Origin: Octopus bimaculoides
Taxonomy: Eukaryota
Direction of reading: 5' to 3'
NCBI RefSeq assembly: GCF_001194135.2
Contig: NC_068987.1
Coordinates: forward strand, 15,466,761 to 15,530,760
DNA: 64,000 nucleotides
Shown here: positions 13,074 through 24,168 of the stretch, piece after piece
How positions within the stretch are numbered: the stretch's first letter is position 1
How the letters are laid out: each line of letters opens with the position of its first letter
Notes under the pieces: model-generated
The model's input: only the letters and a program-made list of their open reading frames with translations
Told to the model about the DNA's origin: nothing
The model's database searches: none
Position numbers and translations under genes: made by a program

Positions 13074-13859
13074 TCTTTCAGTTTCTGTCTACAAAATCCA
13101 TTCACAAGGCTTTCTTCGGTCAAGGGCTACTACAGAAAACACTGGCCCAAGGTACCACACTATGGGACTGAACCTGGAACTATGTAGTTGAGAATCAGGT
13201 TTCTTACCACACAGTAATGCCTGCATAAAAGAAAAAAAACATGAAATGGAATGCTGGAAATGCCTATAATGGTAGGTCTGTTCATTTAGGGCCGATTTGG
13301 GGTTAACCAACAACAACGCTGTCCAGTGAAGAATTCAGTATGAAATGTTATTCTTTTCCTCTTCCGGACTAGAAATCAATTTATTCTACTTTTTAACTAA
13401 TGCATAGTTTTACATTGCATAGTCGTAAATGTGAGTGTGTTTATGCATCTATGAATGTGCGTGCTTGTATCTGCATTCATGTGAGTGTGCTTGTGTGACC
13501 CTGAGTATGATTCCTGTCTGTCTGGATGCATTTAAGTTAAACAGCCCTGTGTGTGTGTGTCTACATGTATTTGTATATGTATTTATATGTGTATGCATAT
13601 ACATCAGTGACCTTTGTGTGTATGTGGATACATTTACGTAAATAACACTGATTTTGTGTGTGTGTGTGTGTGTGTATTTTGTGTAGGTGTCTGTGTGCAT
13701 ATATGCATACACATCTGTGGCTTTTTTTGTGTTTCTATTTATGTAAATAACATTCTGGAAATCTCTGGAGTCTTTGACAACATGCTGCAGAATAGCCATC
13801 GGCCACTTATGCCGATATCCACTCTATTCACAGAACTTTCCGATAGTCTATACCTTCCT

Positions 13860-14385
13860 TCTTTCCACCTCTCTCACTTTGTCTCTCTCTCTCTCCCTCC
13901 ATCTCACTCTTTCTCCCTTTCCACCTCTCTTCCTCTCCCCCCTCTCTTCCTCTCCCCCTCTCACTCTCTCTCTTCCATATTTCTTTCTGCATTTTCTTTC
14001 CATCTTTTATTCTCTCCTCCTGCCACCTTCTTCTTCTTCTCCTTTTCTTCTTCTTCTTCTCCTTTTTCTTCTTCTCCTTCTTCTCCTTCTTCTTCTTCTT
14101 CTTCTTCATCTCCTTCTTCATCTTCTTCTCCTTCTTCTTCTTCTTCTTCTCCTTCTTCTCTTTCTTTCTCTTTCTCTCTGTCATTTTCCTTCTCTCTCTT
14201 CCCTCTTTCTTCTTCATCCTTCTTTTGGTTTCCTCCTTCACTTATAACCACACTGCACTTTTTTATTCCTTTCTTTCCCTCCATCTTTTCCTCTTCCTCC
14301 CCTTCTTCCTCATCCCTGCCTGTTTCCTCCTCCCCCCCTCCTCATTCCTGTTCCTTTTTCCTCCTTTTTCTCCTTTTCCACTTTT
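13860..14385. repeat. Polypyrimidine / (TTC)n low-complexity tract
   Basis: Almost pure C/T on the + strand. It explains the poly-Ser/Leu/Glu/Lys ORFs in the track. Confidence 0.9.
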
Positions 14386-14514
14386 TCATATGACATCCGG
14401 CCCTCACCAAAAAGATGCCTGTCTCCAACAGCTAAAATGTCCTGTTTGAGGTTTTGCTATAAAGACAGATATATTTAGCTCCAGTGCTTTCCATTTTCAA
14501 AGTGTGGGTGGTCA

Positions 14515-14548
<34 letters not shown>

Positions 14549-15545
14549 CTGTTTTCAACCATTTTTGCCTCATCCTTCACACCCCTTTCTAACATATATT
14601 CCGGTATATTCTGTATATTCGGCAACATTTTATTAATATATCATTATTAGTTTATATGTATCAACAAACTTTTTTTATGATGTTATACTTTCATTTTTTT
14701 TTTTATATTTTTCTCCTTTTCTACTTCCTCATTCCTTCTTTTTCCTATTCCTTATCATTTTTTACTCTTTGCTTTTTTCTTTTCTATTTTTCTTCTTTCA
14801 TATTTTTACTCATTCCTTTCTGTCTTTCTTTCTTTCTTGTTAGAAACCTTTTGTTTTTGCAAAAAATAAAAAAATCAATAACTTCACTGTTATAGCTAGC
14901 GTCGATGTCAAGAACACTGTGAGAAAATAGATTTCCGCTATCCGAAGTGAAAAGCTAGGTTGCCAGGAAGGTACAGAACAGCAGGGTAAAAATGAAAATG
15001 ATGGTTTTATAAAGAAAGTATGAAGGGGAAAATATGAAAGATGTAAGGATGAAGGGATGGCAGGTTTAAAAGGTAATTTGAAAAGATGGATAAAGAGAAA
15101 GAAAGACAGATAATAGGTAGTCAGACAGAAGGGTTGATAGACAGAAAGAAAGAGAGAGAGGGAGGTGAAAACAGAGAGAGATACATAAACAGAAAGAAAG
15201 ATAGAGGAGTTAAAGCAGATGATAGGTTCGTAGATAAACAAAGAACTATGAAATATAAGTATAAGTTTTGAATAACACAAGGATGGTGGGCTGATTGGAA
15301 AAAGAAAAAGTAGAAGTAGTTTGATTGATATAGATAGATTCATTGACAGATTGATAGATACAAATGACAAATAGATAGATATACTGACAGGTACGTAGAT
15401 GATATGAAAGGTTAATAGATATAGTTAAGACAGCTGGATTGATTAATATCATAGCCTGAATTAGGAAACATGCCAAATGCCTGAGTGATGAATCCTTTCT
15501 TAATGAAAACCTTTAAAATTTGACCCATTCCCCCTTCTGTATTGT

Positions 15546-15653
<108 letters not shown>

Positions 15654-15793
15654 AACTCAAATAATACTTTTGTTTGAAACCAGCCCATTTTACAAGTGTA
15701 ACTGAAGATTACCTTTCATATTTTGTTACAGAAAAAAGTAACACAATGCACTATAAATCATATGGATTGGTTAATCTTCTTTGAAAATATATA

Positions 15794-16021
15794 TTAACAC
15801 TTTAGCATTTAACCCAGCCATATCTGGCCTAAATATTCTCCCCATTTTATGTTCAATCCAGCCAAATTTGGCTTCTCACACCTGTCCTACAATATAATTC
15901 TAAAAATAGACAATCACACCATTGAAATCCCAAAGCTATGAGATAATCCATGATTAATTCAAAACAATGTGAATGCATAACCATTGCGTTTGGCAGATTA
16001 ATCTAAATGCTAAAAGGTTAA
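15794..16021. mobile_element. piggyBac-like MITE (TTAA-flanked)
   Basis: TTAA|cactttagcatt ... aatgctaaaagg|TTAA. Same family as 16451, 45376 and 58051. Confidence 0.65.
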
Positions 16022-16049
16022 GCATTTTCATTCTTTTTTCTTTCAAGCA

Positions 16050-16440
16050 CTTCCCTCTCTATGGAGCATAAGCCATCAATGACTCTTCTCCTCTGCTCTC
16101 AACTCTGGACTGGACTGTTTTCAGGACCACTCCCTTGGTATGGGGGACACTTATGATGCCCTGAGAAAAGGCCTTCCTCTCTCAGGTCTTGTTGGTTTTC
16201 AATTGTCTTCATTGATGTTTCTGTAACTTTTTCTTCTAGGTAAGGTTATTGGCCCCTTGCAATCCCATTTCTACCTCTTGGAAGAGTTAGTATATATATT
16301 AGTTTGGCCTCTCTCCTTTGACTTGCTCAGCATGGAAGGCCCTACTTGGACTTGCACTCTGCTGGCATTGTTCTTATTGTCGTTGGCAAACACAAAACGC
16401 CACACTGCAATTAAGACTGAACCTTGTGGGGGGATATATT
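16050..16440 (-). mobile_element. Decayed RTE-type LINE 3' end
   Basis: Minus strand contains gagaggaaggcc (R.GRP) and agaagagtcattgatggcttatgctcc (RRVIDGLCS), typical of the RTE ORF2 C-terminus. Confidence 0.5.
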
Positions 16441-16450
16441 GAGCCTTGTT

Positions 16451-16633
16451 TTAACCCTTTAACATTCAGATTACTCTATCAAATGTAATGCTCATTTATT
16501 CACATCATCTTGAATTGATCATATATTACCATAACTTAGAGATTTCAATGATTTGATTGTTTATTTTCAAAATACCTTTGTAGGGTAGGTGTAAGGGGCT
16601 GGATATGGCTGGTATAAATGCTAAAGAGTTTAA
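16451..16633. mobile_element. piggyBac-like MITE (TTAA-flanked), internally deleted
   Basis: TTAA|ccctttaacattcag ... aaatgctaaagagt|TTAA. Confidence 0.6.
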
Positions 16634-16855
16634 AGAATTTAAGGTTTGTGATACCCTTTCTTCTGTTTGGAAGAATGTGTGAGCCTTACAACTAAAGCAT
16701 GACTATTTCAATATAGGCTTCAGTTAGGATTGATTCAGATTGCACCAAATCTAAACCCAACTAAACCCAAACCATGATACATTTGGTTGTCAAACCCATG
16801 CCTTTTATTTATAGGTTATAATCCCTAAAATATTTTTTATAACAAAGGTAAAATA

Positions 16856-17070
16856 TACGAGGTGAGTGCTGAAAAGTTCCTGGCTTTGGGTAAAAGAAAA
16901 CACAAGAAGATCAGTTAATTATAATTTTATCCAAATTATTCCCCTCTCAGATTCACACACTTATTGCAGTGGTCCTTCAGTTTTTCTAAACCTTGTAAAA
17001 GAACTCGGAAGGTTGGGCCTCCAACCAGGCCTTTCGTGATTGGTCTTCTTCTCAAGCACAGCATACACAC
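16856..17070 (-). mobile_element. mariner transposon right end (irritans-like)
   Basis: TA|CGAGGTGAGTGCTGAAAAGTTCCTGG terminus. It aligns over about 140 bp with 32308-32450, which adjoins recognisable transposase sequence. Confidence 0.65.
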
Positions 17071-17089
17071 ACACACACACACATAATAT

Positions 17090-17232
17090 GATTGCTAGAA
17101 TAAGAATAAGGTGGAGAAAATTCAGAGAGCTTTTACATCTGTTAGCAACCAAAGGGCTTTCTCTCCAAGTGAAAGGAAGACTGTATAATGCATGTGTACA
17201 AACGGCAATGTTACATGGTAGTGAGATGTAGG
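17090..17232 (+). mobile_element. RTE LINE ORF2 fragment
   Basis: IARIRIRWRKFRELLHLLATKGLSLQVKGRLYNACVQTAMLHGSE matches the RTE motif RI..AW.KF..L...K..LY..CV...MLYGSETW. Confidence 0.8.
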
Positions 17233-17287
17233 TCCTGAATACAGTTATCTACTCTACAGCGAGACACCTATCCTTGTCTCTCTATAT

Positions 17288-17588
17288 TAATGCTTCTCAG
17301 CCAGAGTCCATATATGATTTTTGGGGGTCCACATCACAAATTAGTAAATTGGGGATCAACAATAGTATGTTAGGGGCCCCTGAAAAATATTTGCTTTAGA
17401 TGTGTGTATTGGTATGTATTGCTAGAAACAGCTAGGTTTCTTTCTCTAACATTTTACATAGTACAACCTTCACGATTTAATATGTGAAAATCAAAAGAGG
17501 AAATTTAAAAGAAGCTTCTATAAAACTAGTTTTTAAACATCAAATGGCTGTGGGGCCCAAAGAAGTAAAATATGGTTGAGAACCCCTG
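17288..17588 (-). mobile_element. hAT-like MITE
   Basis: Right end ttgagaacccctg and decayed left end. Flanks CTCTATAT / CTCTGTAC match at 6 of 8 positions, consistent with an old 8-bp TSD. Confidence 0.6.
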
Positions 17589-17910
17589 CTCTGTACCTTT
17601 AATCTCTCAACTGGCACAAACCACCCTGCCTTAATACTACTCCCCACTCCCAGCCAAAGAGTTTTGTCTTGCAAGTTACTTGGTGATCCTTTTGGTACTG
17701 GTGCCTCATAAAAAGTATTCTGTACACTTTGTACACTCTGTAAAGTGCTTGGCATTAGGAAGGGCATCCAGTTGTAGAAGCCATGCCAAAGTAATGGAGC
17801 CTTGTGTGGTTCCCGACTTTACGAGCTCCTGTCAAACTGTACTACTCATGCCAGTATGGAAAACAGATGTTTAATGATGATGATGATGTTATATTACATA
17901 TATACGTAAA

Positions 17911-18440
17911 TGGCATGGCTGTGTGGTAAGAAGCTTGCTTCCCAACCACATGGTCTTGGGTTCAGTTCCATTGTGTGGCACCTTGGAAAGTGTCTTCTAC
18001 TATAGCCTCAGGCTGACCAAAACCTTGTGAGAGGATTTGGTAGATGGAAACTGAAAGAAGCCTGTTGTATGTATGTGTGTGTGTGTGTGTGTGTGTGCAT
18101 ATGTGTGTGTCTGTGCACTAGCATAGCTAAAGTATGTGCCGCCCAGGGTGGCCCTTCTGTTTGCTGCCCCCAGACCCCACAAAAAACACATTGCCTACAG
18201 CAGACCCAAAAATGCGGACCGCCCCTACCGGTGTGTGTGTCTGTGTTTGTACCCCCAGCATCATTTGACAACCAATGTTAGTGTGTTTACATCCCCGTAA
18301 CTTTGCAGTTTGGCAAAAGTGAACGATTGAATAAATATTAGACTCACAAAGAATAAGTCTTGGGGTCAATTTGTTTGACTAAAACCCTTTAAGGTGGTGC
18401 TCCAGCATGGCCACAGTCTAATAACTGAAACAAATAACAA
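17911..18440 (+). mobile_element. Full-length tRNA-derived SINE (head, (TG)n spacer with GC-rich insert, 3' domain) followed by (TA)n
   Basis: Head ggctgtgtggtaagaagcttgcttcccaaccacatgg...gggttcagttcc, and 3' domain ending ggtgctccagcatggccacagtc. Confidence 0.8.
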
Positions 18441-18760
18441 TATATATATATATATATATATATATNNNNNNNNNNNNNNNNNNNNNNNNNNNNNNNNNNN
18501 NNNNNNNNNNNNNNNNNNNNNNNNNNNNNNNNNNNNNNNNNNNNNNNNNNNNNNNNNNNNNNNNNNNNNNNNNNNNNNNNNNNNNNNNNNNNNNNNNNNN
18601 NNNNNNNNNNNNNNNNNNNNNNNNNNNNNNNNNNNNNNNNNNNNNNNNNNNNNNNNNNNNNNNNNNNNNNNNNNNNNNNNNNNNNNNNNNNNNNNNNNNN
18701 NNNNNNNNNNNNNNNNNNNNNNNNNNNNNNNNNNNNNNNNNNNNNNNNNNNNNNNNNNNN

Positions 18761-18797
<37 letters not shown>

Positions 18798-20747
18798 CAC
18801 ACATACTTATATGTATATACATACACACAAAACATATGTATGAAGATAGGATGAATGGGGGATAAATATATTTCAGATACACACACATTTGAGAGAGCAA
18901 TAGTGGACATATATATATACAGATCGGACAGGTAAATAATAACTAAATCTACATCTACACAGACAAGACAATGAATTCATAAAGACAAGAGAATTAAATG
19001 AATGAAGAGATATCCAGATATATGGAAGTAAGACAAATGTAGCATATGTGAGTGTTATAGAGTAGCAAAGTTAAAGAATGAAATGATTATAAACATAATT
19101 AGAGAGAAAGATGGACAGAGCAGAGAGAGAAAGAAAGGGTGGAGGAATTTAGATGAAATGAAGAGAAAGAAGGAAGAGGACATGTCTGTGTGTGTGTACC
19201 GATGGCAAAGAATCTATTTTGGGAGATGAGTAGGAGGATGTGTATCCAGTCTGTGGAACTGGAATTATTATTATTGCATAGCAAGGCTGAAGAAGAGACA
19301 AATGGTCTGTCTGTTAGTTTGTGTGTATATGTCTATTTCTGTGAGTCTGTTTGTGTGTGTGTGTGTGGTGAGTTGACTTGGTAAGACTGGTCTTTGTGGG
19401 ATAAATCGAAAAGGAAAGAAAAAAGTAAGCAAACAAAGACTGATGGTGTTGGTGGTGGTGGTGATGGTTGTGTTGCTGGTGGTGGTGATGGTGGTGGTGG
19501 TGGTGACACCGACAAAGAAAGAAGAAACAGCAGAGTTGAAGCTGCTAAAAATGTTTCGGAGAGGAATTGACTGGGAAATAATCAGAAGTGGCTGAGAGAG
19601 AGAGAGAGATGGAGGTGGTGAGAGGGTGTGGAGTTACCTGAGAAATACAGATGAAGACAGGTGAGACAAGATTGAAAGGTAAGGCATTTGCTGAGCGAAC
19701 AGTATAAAAATGTCAATGAAGTAAATGTCTGAATGTCTGAGACAGGTGGTGGCGGTGATGGTGACAGCAGCACTGGTGGTGGCGGTGGCGGTGGCGGTGG
19801 TGGNNNNNNNNNNNNNNNNNNNNNNNNNNNNNNNNNNNNNNNNNNNNNNNNNNNNNNNNNNNNNNNNNNNNNNNNNNNNNNNNNNNNNNNNNNNNNNNNN
19901 NNNNNNNNNNNNNNNNNNNNNNNNNNNNNNNNNNNNNNNNNNNNNNNNNNNNNNNNNNNNNNNNNNNNNNNNNNNNNNNNNNNNNNNNNNNNNNNNNNNN
20001 NNNNNNNNNNNNNNNNNNNNNNNNNNNNNNNNNNNNNNNNNNNNNNNNNNNNNNNNNNNNNNNNNNNNNNNNNNNNNNNNNNNNNNNNNNNNNNNNNNNN
20101 NNNNNNNNNNNNNNNNNNNNNNNNNNNNNNNNNNNNNNNNNNNNNNNNNNNNNNNNNNNNNNNNNNNNNNNNNNNNNNNNNNNNNNNNNNNNNNNNNNNN
20201 NNNNNNNNNNNNNNNNNNNNNNNNNNNNNNNNNNNNNNNNNNNNNNNNNNNNNNNNNNNNNNNNNNNNNNNNNNNNNNNNNNNNNNNNNNNNNNNNNNNN
20301 NNNNNNNNNNNNNNNNNNNNNNNNNNNNNNNNNNNNNNNNNNNNNNNNNNNNNNNNNNNNNNNNNNNNNNNNNNNNNNNNNNNNNNNNNNNNNNNNNNNN
20401 NNNNNNNNNNNNNNNNNNNNNNNNNNNNNNNNNNNNNNNNNNNNNNNNNNNNNNNNNNNNNNNNNNNNNNNNNNNNNNNNNNNNNNNNNNNNNNNNNNNN
20501 NNNNNNNNNNNNNNNNNNNNNNNNNNNNNNNNNNNNNNNNNNNNNNNNNNNNNNNNNNNNNNNNNNNNNNNNNNNNNNNNNNNNNNNNNNNNNNNNNNNN
20601 NNNNNNNNNNNNNNNNNNNNNNNNNNNNNNNNNNNNNNNNNNNNNNNNNNNNNNAGCATTACATTAAATGCAATATGTAGAGCAATCTTCAGCTGCACAA
20701 AAATGTAAAAAAATTACAGTAGAATAGACATATTATATATTTATATA

Positions 20748-20794
<47 letters not shown>

Positions 20795-21319
20795 ATTTTT
20801 GTGTGTCTCCCCGCCATTGCTTGACAACCGATGTTGGTGTGTTTATGTCCCCGTAACCTAGCAGTTCAGCAAAAGAGACCAATAGAATAAATACTAGGCT
20901 TGCAAACAATACGTCCTGGGGTTGATTTGTTCGAATAAAGGCGGTGCTCCAGCATGGCCGCAGTCAAATGCCTGTAACAAATAAAAGAATAAAAGAACAT
21001 TATCAAAGTTTTGAAGCTACAAGATAATACCTGATTAATTCAAAACAATGTGGATAAATAAGTACAACATTTGACTAAGTAATCTGAACTAGCAGGACCC
21101 GTTAATATTTCACAGGCTTAATACTAAACCTGTTAGGTTATGTCTGAAAACTTTATCCCAAAATCCTGAAAGTGTAGCCTGTGTTGTGTCTGTATGGAAA
21201 GATAGTCGCTCATCTGCTATTCATTGATAACTGAAAGAAATTGGAATACAATGATTAGTTAATGCACTTTATATATACACTTTATATACTTTAAGCACAA
21301 TTTTATAGATTTAATAAAT

Positions 21320-21706
21320 GGAGGCGTAATGGCCCAGTGGTTAGGGCAGCAGACTCGAGGTCATAGGATCGCAGTTTCGATTCCCAGACCGGGCGTTGTG
21401 AGTGTTTAATGAACGAAAACACCTAAAGCTCCACAAGGCTCCAACAGGAGATGGTGGCGAACGCTGCTGTACTCTTTCACCACAACTTTCTTTCACTCTT
21501 ACTTCCTGTTTCTGTTGTGCTTTTAATTCAAAGGGTCAGCCTTGTCACACTGTGTCACGCTGAATATCCCCGAGAACTACGTTAAGGGTACGCGTGTCTG
21601 TGGAGGCTCAGCCACTTGCACGTTAATTTCACAAGCAGGCTGTTCCGTTGATCGGATCAACTGGAACCCTCAACATCGTAAGCAATGGAGTGCCAACAAC
21701 AACAAC
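21320..21706 (+). mobile_element. Full-length tRNA-derived SINE with (CAA)n tail and 13-bp TSD
   Basis: A-box-like tggcccagtggttagg and B-box-like gtttcgattccc. TSD TATAGATTTAATA (21304-21316) / TATAAATTTAATA (21708-21720). A decayed relative lies at about 41340-41590. Confidence 0.85.
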
Positions 21707-22820
21707 ATATAAATTTAATACACAGTAATCATAAAATAGATATTCGCTCTTATTTTTCTATTTTCCCCATAAACAAATAGAATATCGCCGTACATATGAT
21801 ACAACCTTTAGTTAAATTGCACATATCTGCCACGTAAATAATCATGAATATTTCATGGAATTGCACTTGTACGCATGCATTAAATGATAGGTGATATTAA
21901 AAAAAATACGCTTTTCATTATTCACTTACCATCGCCACCACCACCTCCATCTCCACCACCATCATCATCTCTCTTTCTGTGCCTCCCCTCTCTCTTTCTC
22001 TCTCTGCCTTTAACCTCACCATCAGAACGTAACCCCCTATACTAAAATTACATTTTTAACTCTCCTCTATATCACTACCTTCAACTAACTTTTTTAACCA
22101 CATAATAAACACTACATTCTCACTACCTCATGTCATGGACGCTTCTCTCTCCTTCCTTTTCTCTCTCCATCTTCTACTCTTGCCCTCTTTTTCTTCTTTT
22201 CCTCTTTCTGTCTCACTGTTTGCCTTATCCTCTTTTTCTCTCTCCTTTTTTTCTTTCTCCTTCTTGCACTCTCTTTTCCTTCAAATAACTATGTGAAAGC
22301 AATACAGTTGCATTACCTCTACCTCACATCATGGATGCTTCACTCCCTCTCTTTTTCTCTCTCCCTGTCTTTTTTATGTCTCCCTCTTCTTCTCTAATCA
22401 TACAAATGCATTACCAACAGCCTAAGTAATGGAATGACAAGCAGAATTATTATAAGATGCTGAAGTGTTAAATAGAAGACAACAAACTGACAGAATCATT
22501 AGCAAGTCAAACAAAACACATAACAGCATTTCTTTCTGCTCTTTATATTCTCAGTTCATATTCCGCCAAGGTTCTCTTTGGTTTTTGTCCTTTCAGAGTC
22601 GATGTAATAAGTACCAGTTATGCACTGGGATCAATGTAATTGACTTACCCCTCCTCCAAAGTTGCTAGCCTTGTCCCAAAATTTGAAACCATTATTAAAC
22701 AGAAGTGACCTCCATTCTTCGTCATTTTACTCAATATCTGCGGTCTCCTAATCTTAGACTCTGGTACCAGATATAGTTTGAAGTCATACCCAAGACATTG
22801 ACAGAATTAAATAGAAGCAT

Positions 22821-23162
22821 AAGGCGGTGAGCTGACAGAAATGTTAGCATACTGGGTGAAATGCTTAGCGGTTTTTCATCTGTCTTTACGTTCTGAGTTC
22901 AATTCTGCTGAGGTCAGCTTTGCCTTTCATCCTTTCGGGGTTGATAAATTAAGTACCAGTTGCATACTGGGGTCAAGCATGCCGGGTGAAATGCTTAGCG
23001 GTTTTTCATCTGTCTTTACGTTCTGAGTTCAAATTCTGCTGAGGTCAACTTTGCCTTTCATCCTTTCGGGGTTGATAAATTAAGTACCAGTTGCATACTG
23101 GGGTAAATCGAATCGACTGGACCCCTCTCCAAAAATTTCAGGCCATGTGCCTAGAATAGAAA
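22821..23162 (+). mobile_element. tRNA-derived SINE with 130-bp internal tandem duplication and perfect 18-bp TSD
   Basis: TSD AGAATTAAATAGAAGCAT at 22803-22820 and 23163-23180. The duplicated block starts gggtgaaatgcttagcgg at 22854 and 22984. Confidence 0.9.
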
Positions 23163-24105
23163 AGAATTAAATAGAAGCATCATTTCTGTGAGTTTAAAAA
23201 TAAAGCGTCTTAGTTCAAGTCTACTGTCCAGTTGTATGGAATCTTGTCGTGGCCAAGGACTAAGGAAGAAAATTCTAAGAAGCCTTGCAACATGTAAACA
23301 TTAAGGGTGAATGCTTGCTTGGAATCCCTAATACCTTTCATTTGACCAGGCTAGGGACCACAACCCCTTTCTGCCTTGCTAGTGAGAAGCAGTGGTGGTT
23401 CTCCAAGAGAATATTATTATCTTAAGAACTCTCATCCAACTCATACCAGAATGGAAAAGACAATCATAATAACAATGGATGGTGGTGGTGGTGGTGGTGG
23501 TGGTGGTGGTGCTGCTGCTGCTGGTGGTGGCAGAAGTAGTAGCAGTCATGATGATGATGATTTTTATTTGACATAGAGACAAAGTGGTGTTTCATACAGT
23601 GAGGCGATGCAATTAGTTGAACCAGCTACCATTAAATTACTGGTACTTCCCTTGGTGGGGATTTGAACCAAAAACATAAAGGGGTGATATTAAATACCAC
23701 ACAGCATTTGTCCGGCTGTTGTATCATTTTTGCCGTTTTGCCACCCTGAATTACAGGTGGTTGGTCAACTTGTTAGAAATAGGAACCCAATCTCCCTCAT
23801 ATTACACCTTATGATCTTAAAACTCGACCACACCAGACACTATTGCCCAAGATATGCTATGCCTGAGGAAATTCAGGATGGTCATGGTTAGAATGCCTTT
23901 AAATCATAGGTCCACTGCTCATCCTGGGCCAGTTTGGAAGTTAAACAACGACTTTAGTTCTTCTGTTTTTGTATGGTTTCATGTGTTTTTTTTTTAAATT
24001 TTTGTTTGTGTATTAGATGTACGCATAGAGACAAAACACAAACACATTGAAAATAGTATGTAGATATGCTCTCATTTATGCATACACAATCAGAACCACC
24101 TCAGA

Positions 24106-24168
<63 letters not shown>

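Noticed and set aside
13614-14449. Long Ser/Leu/Glu/Lys-rich ORFs (also 24066, 29446, 49723-50415)
   Set aside because: These are stop-free translations of CT/TTC simple repeats.
19634-20708. ORFs of 150-370 aa spanning N-runs (also 6050, 7126, 31270, 36007, 39912, 52914, 56808, 58673)
   Set aside because: Their length is produced by unknown bases, and the flanks are microsatellite translations.
21320-21395. tRNA gene at SINE heads (also 58646, 17911, 22821)
   Set aside because: The A/B-box-like motifs continue directly into SINE bodies with tails and TSDs, and no complete cloverleaf is evident.
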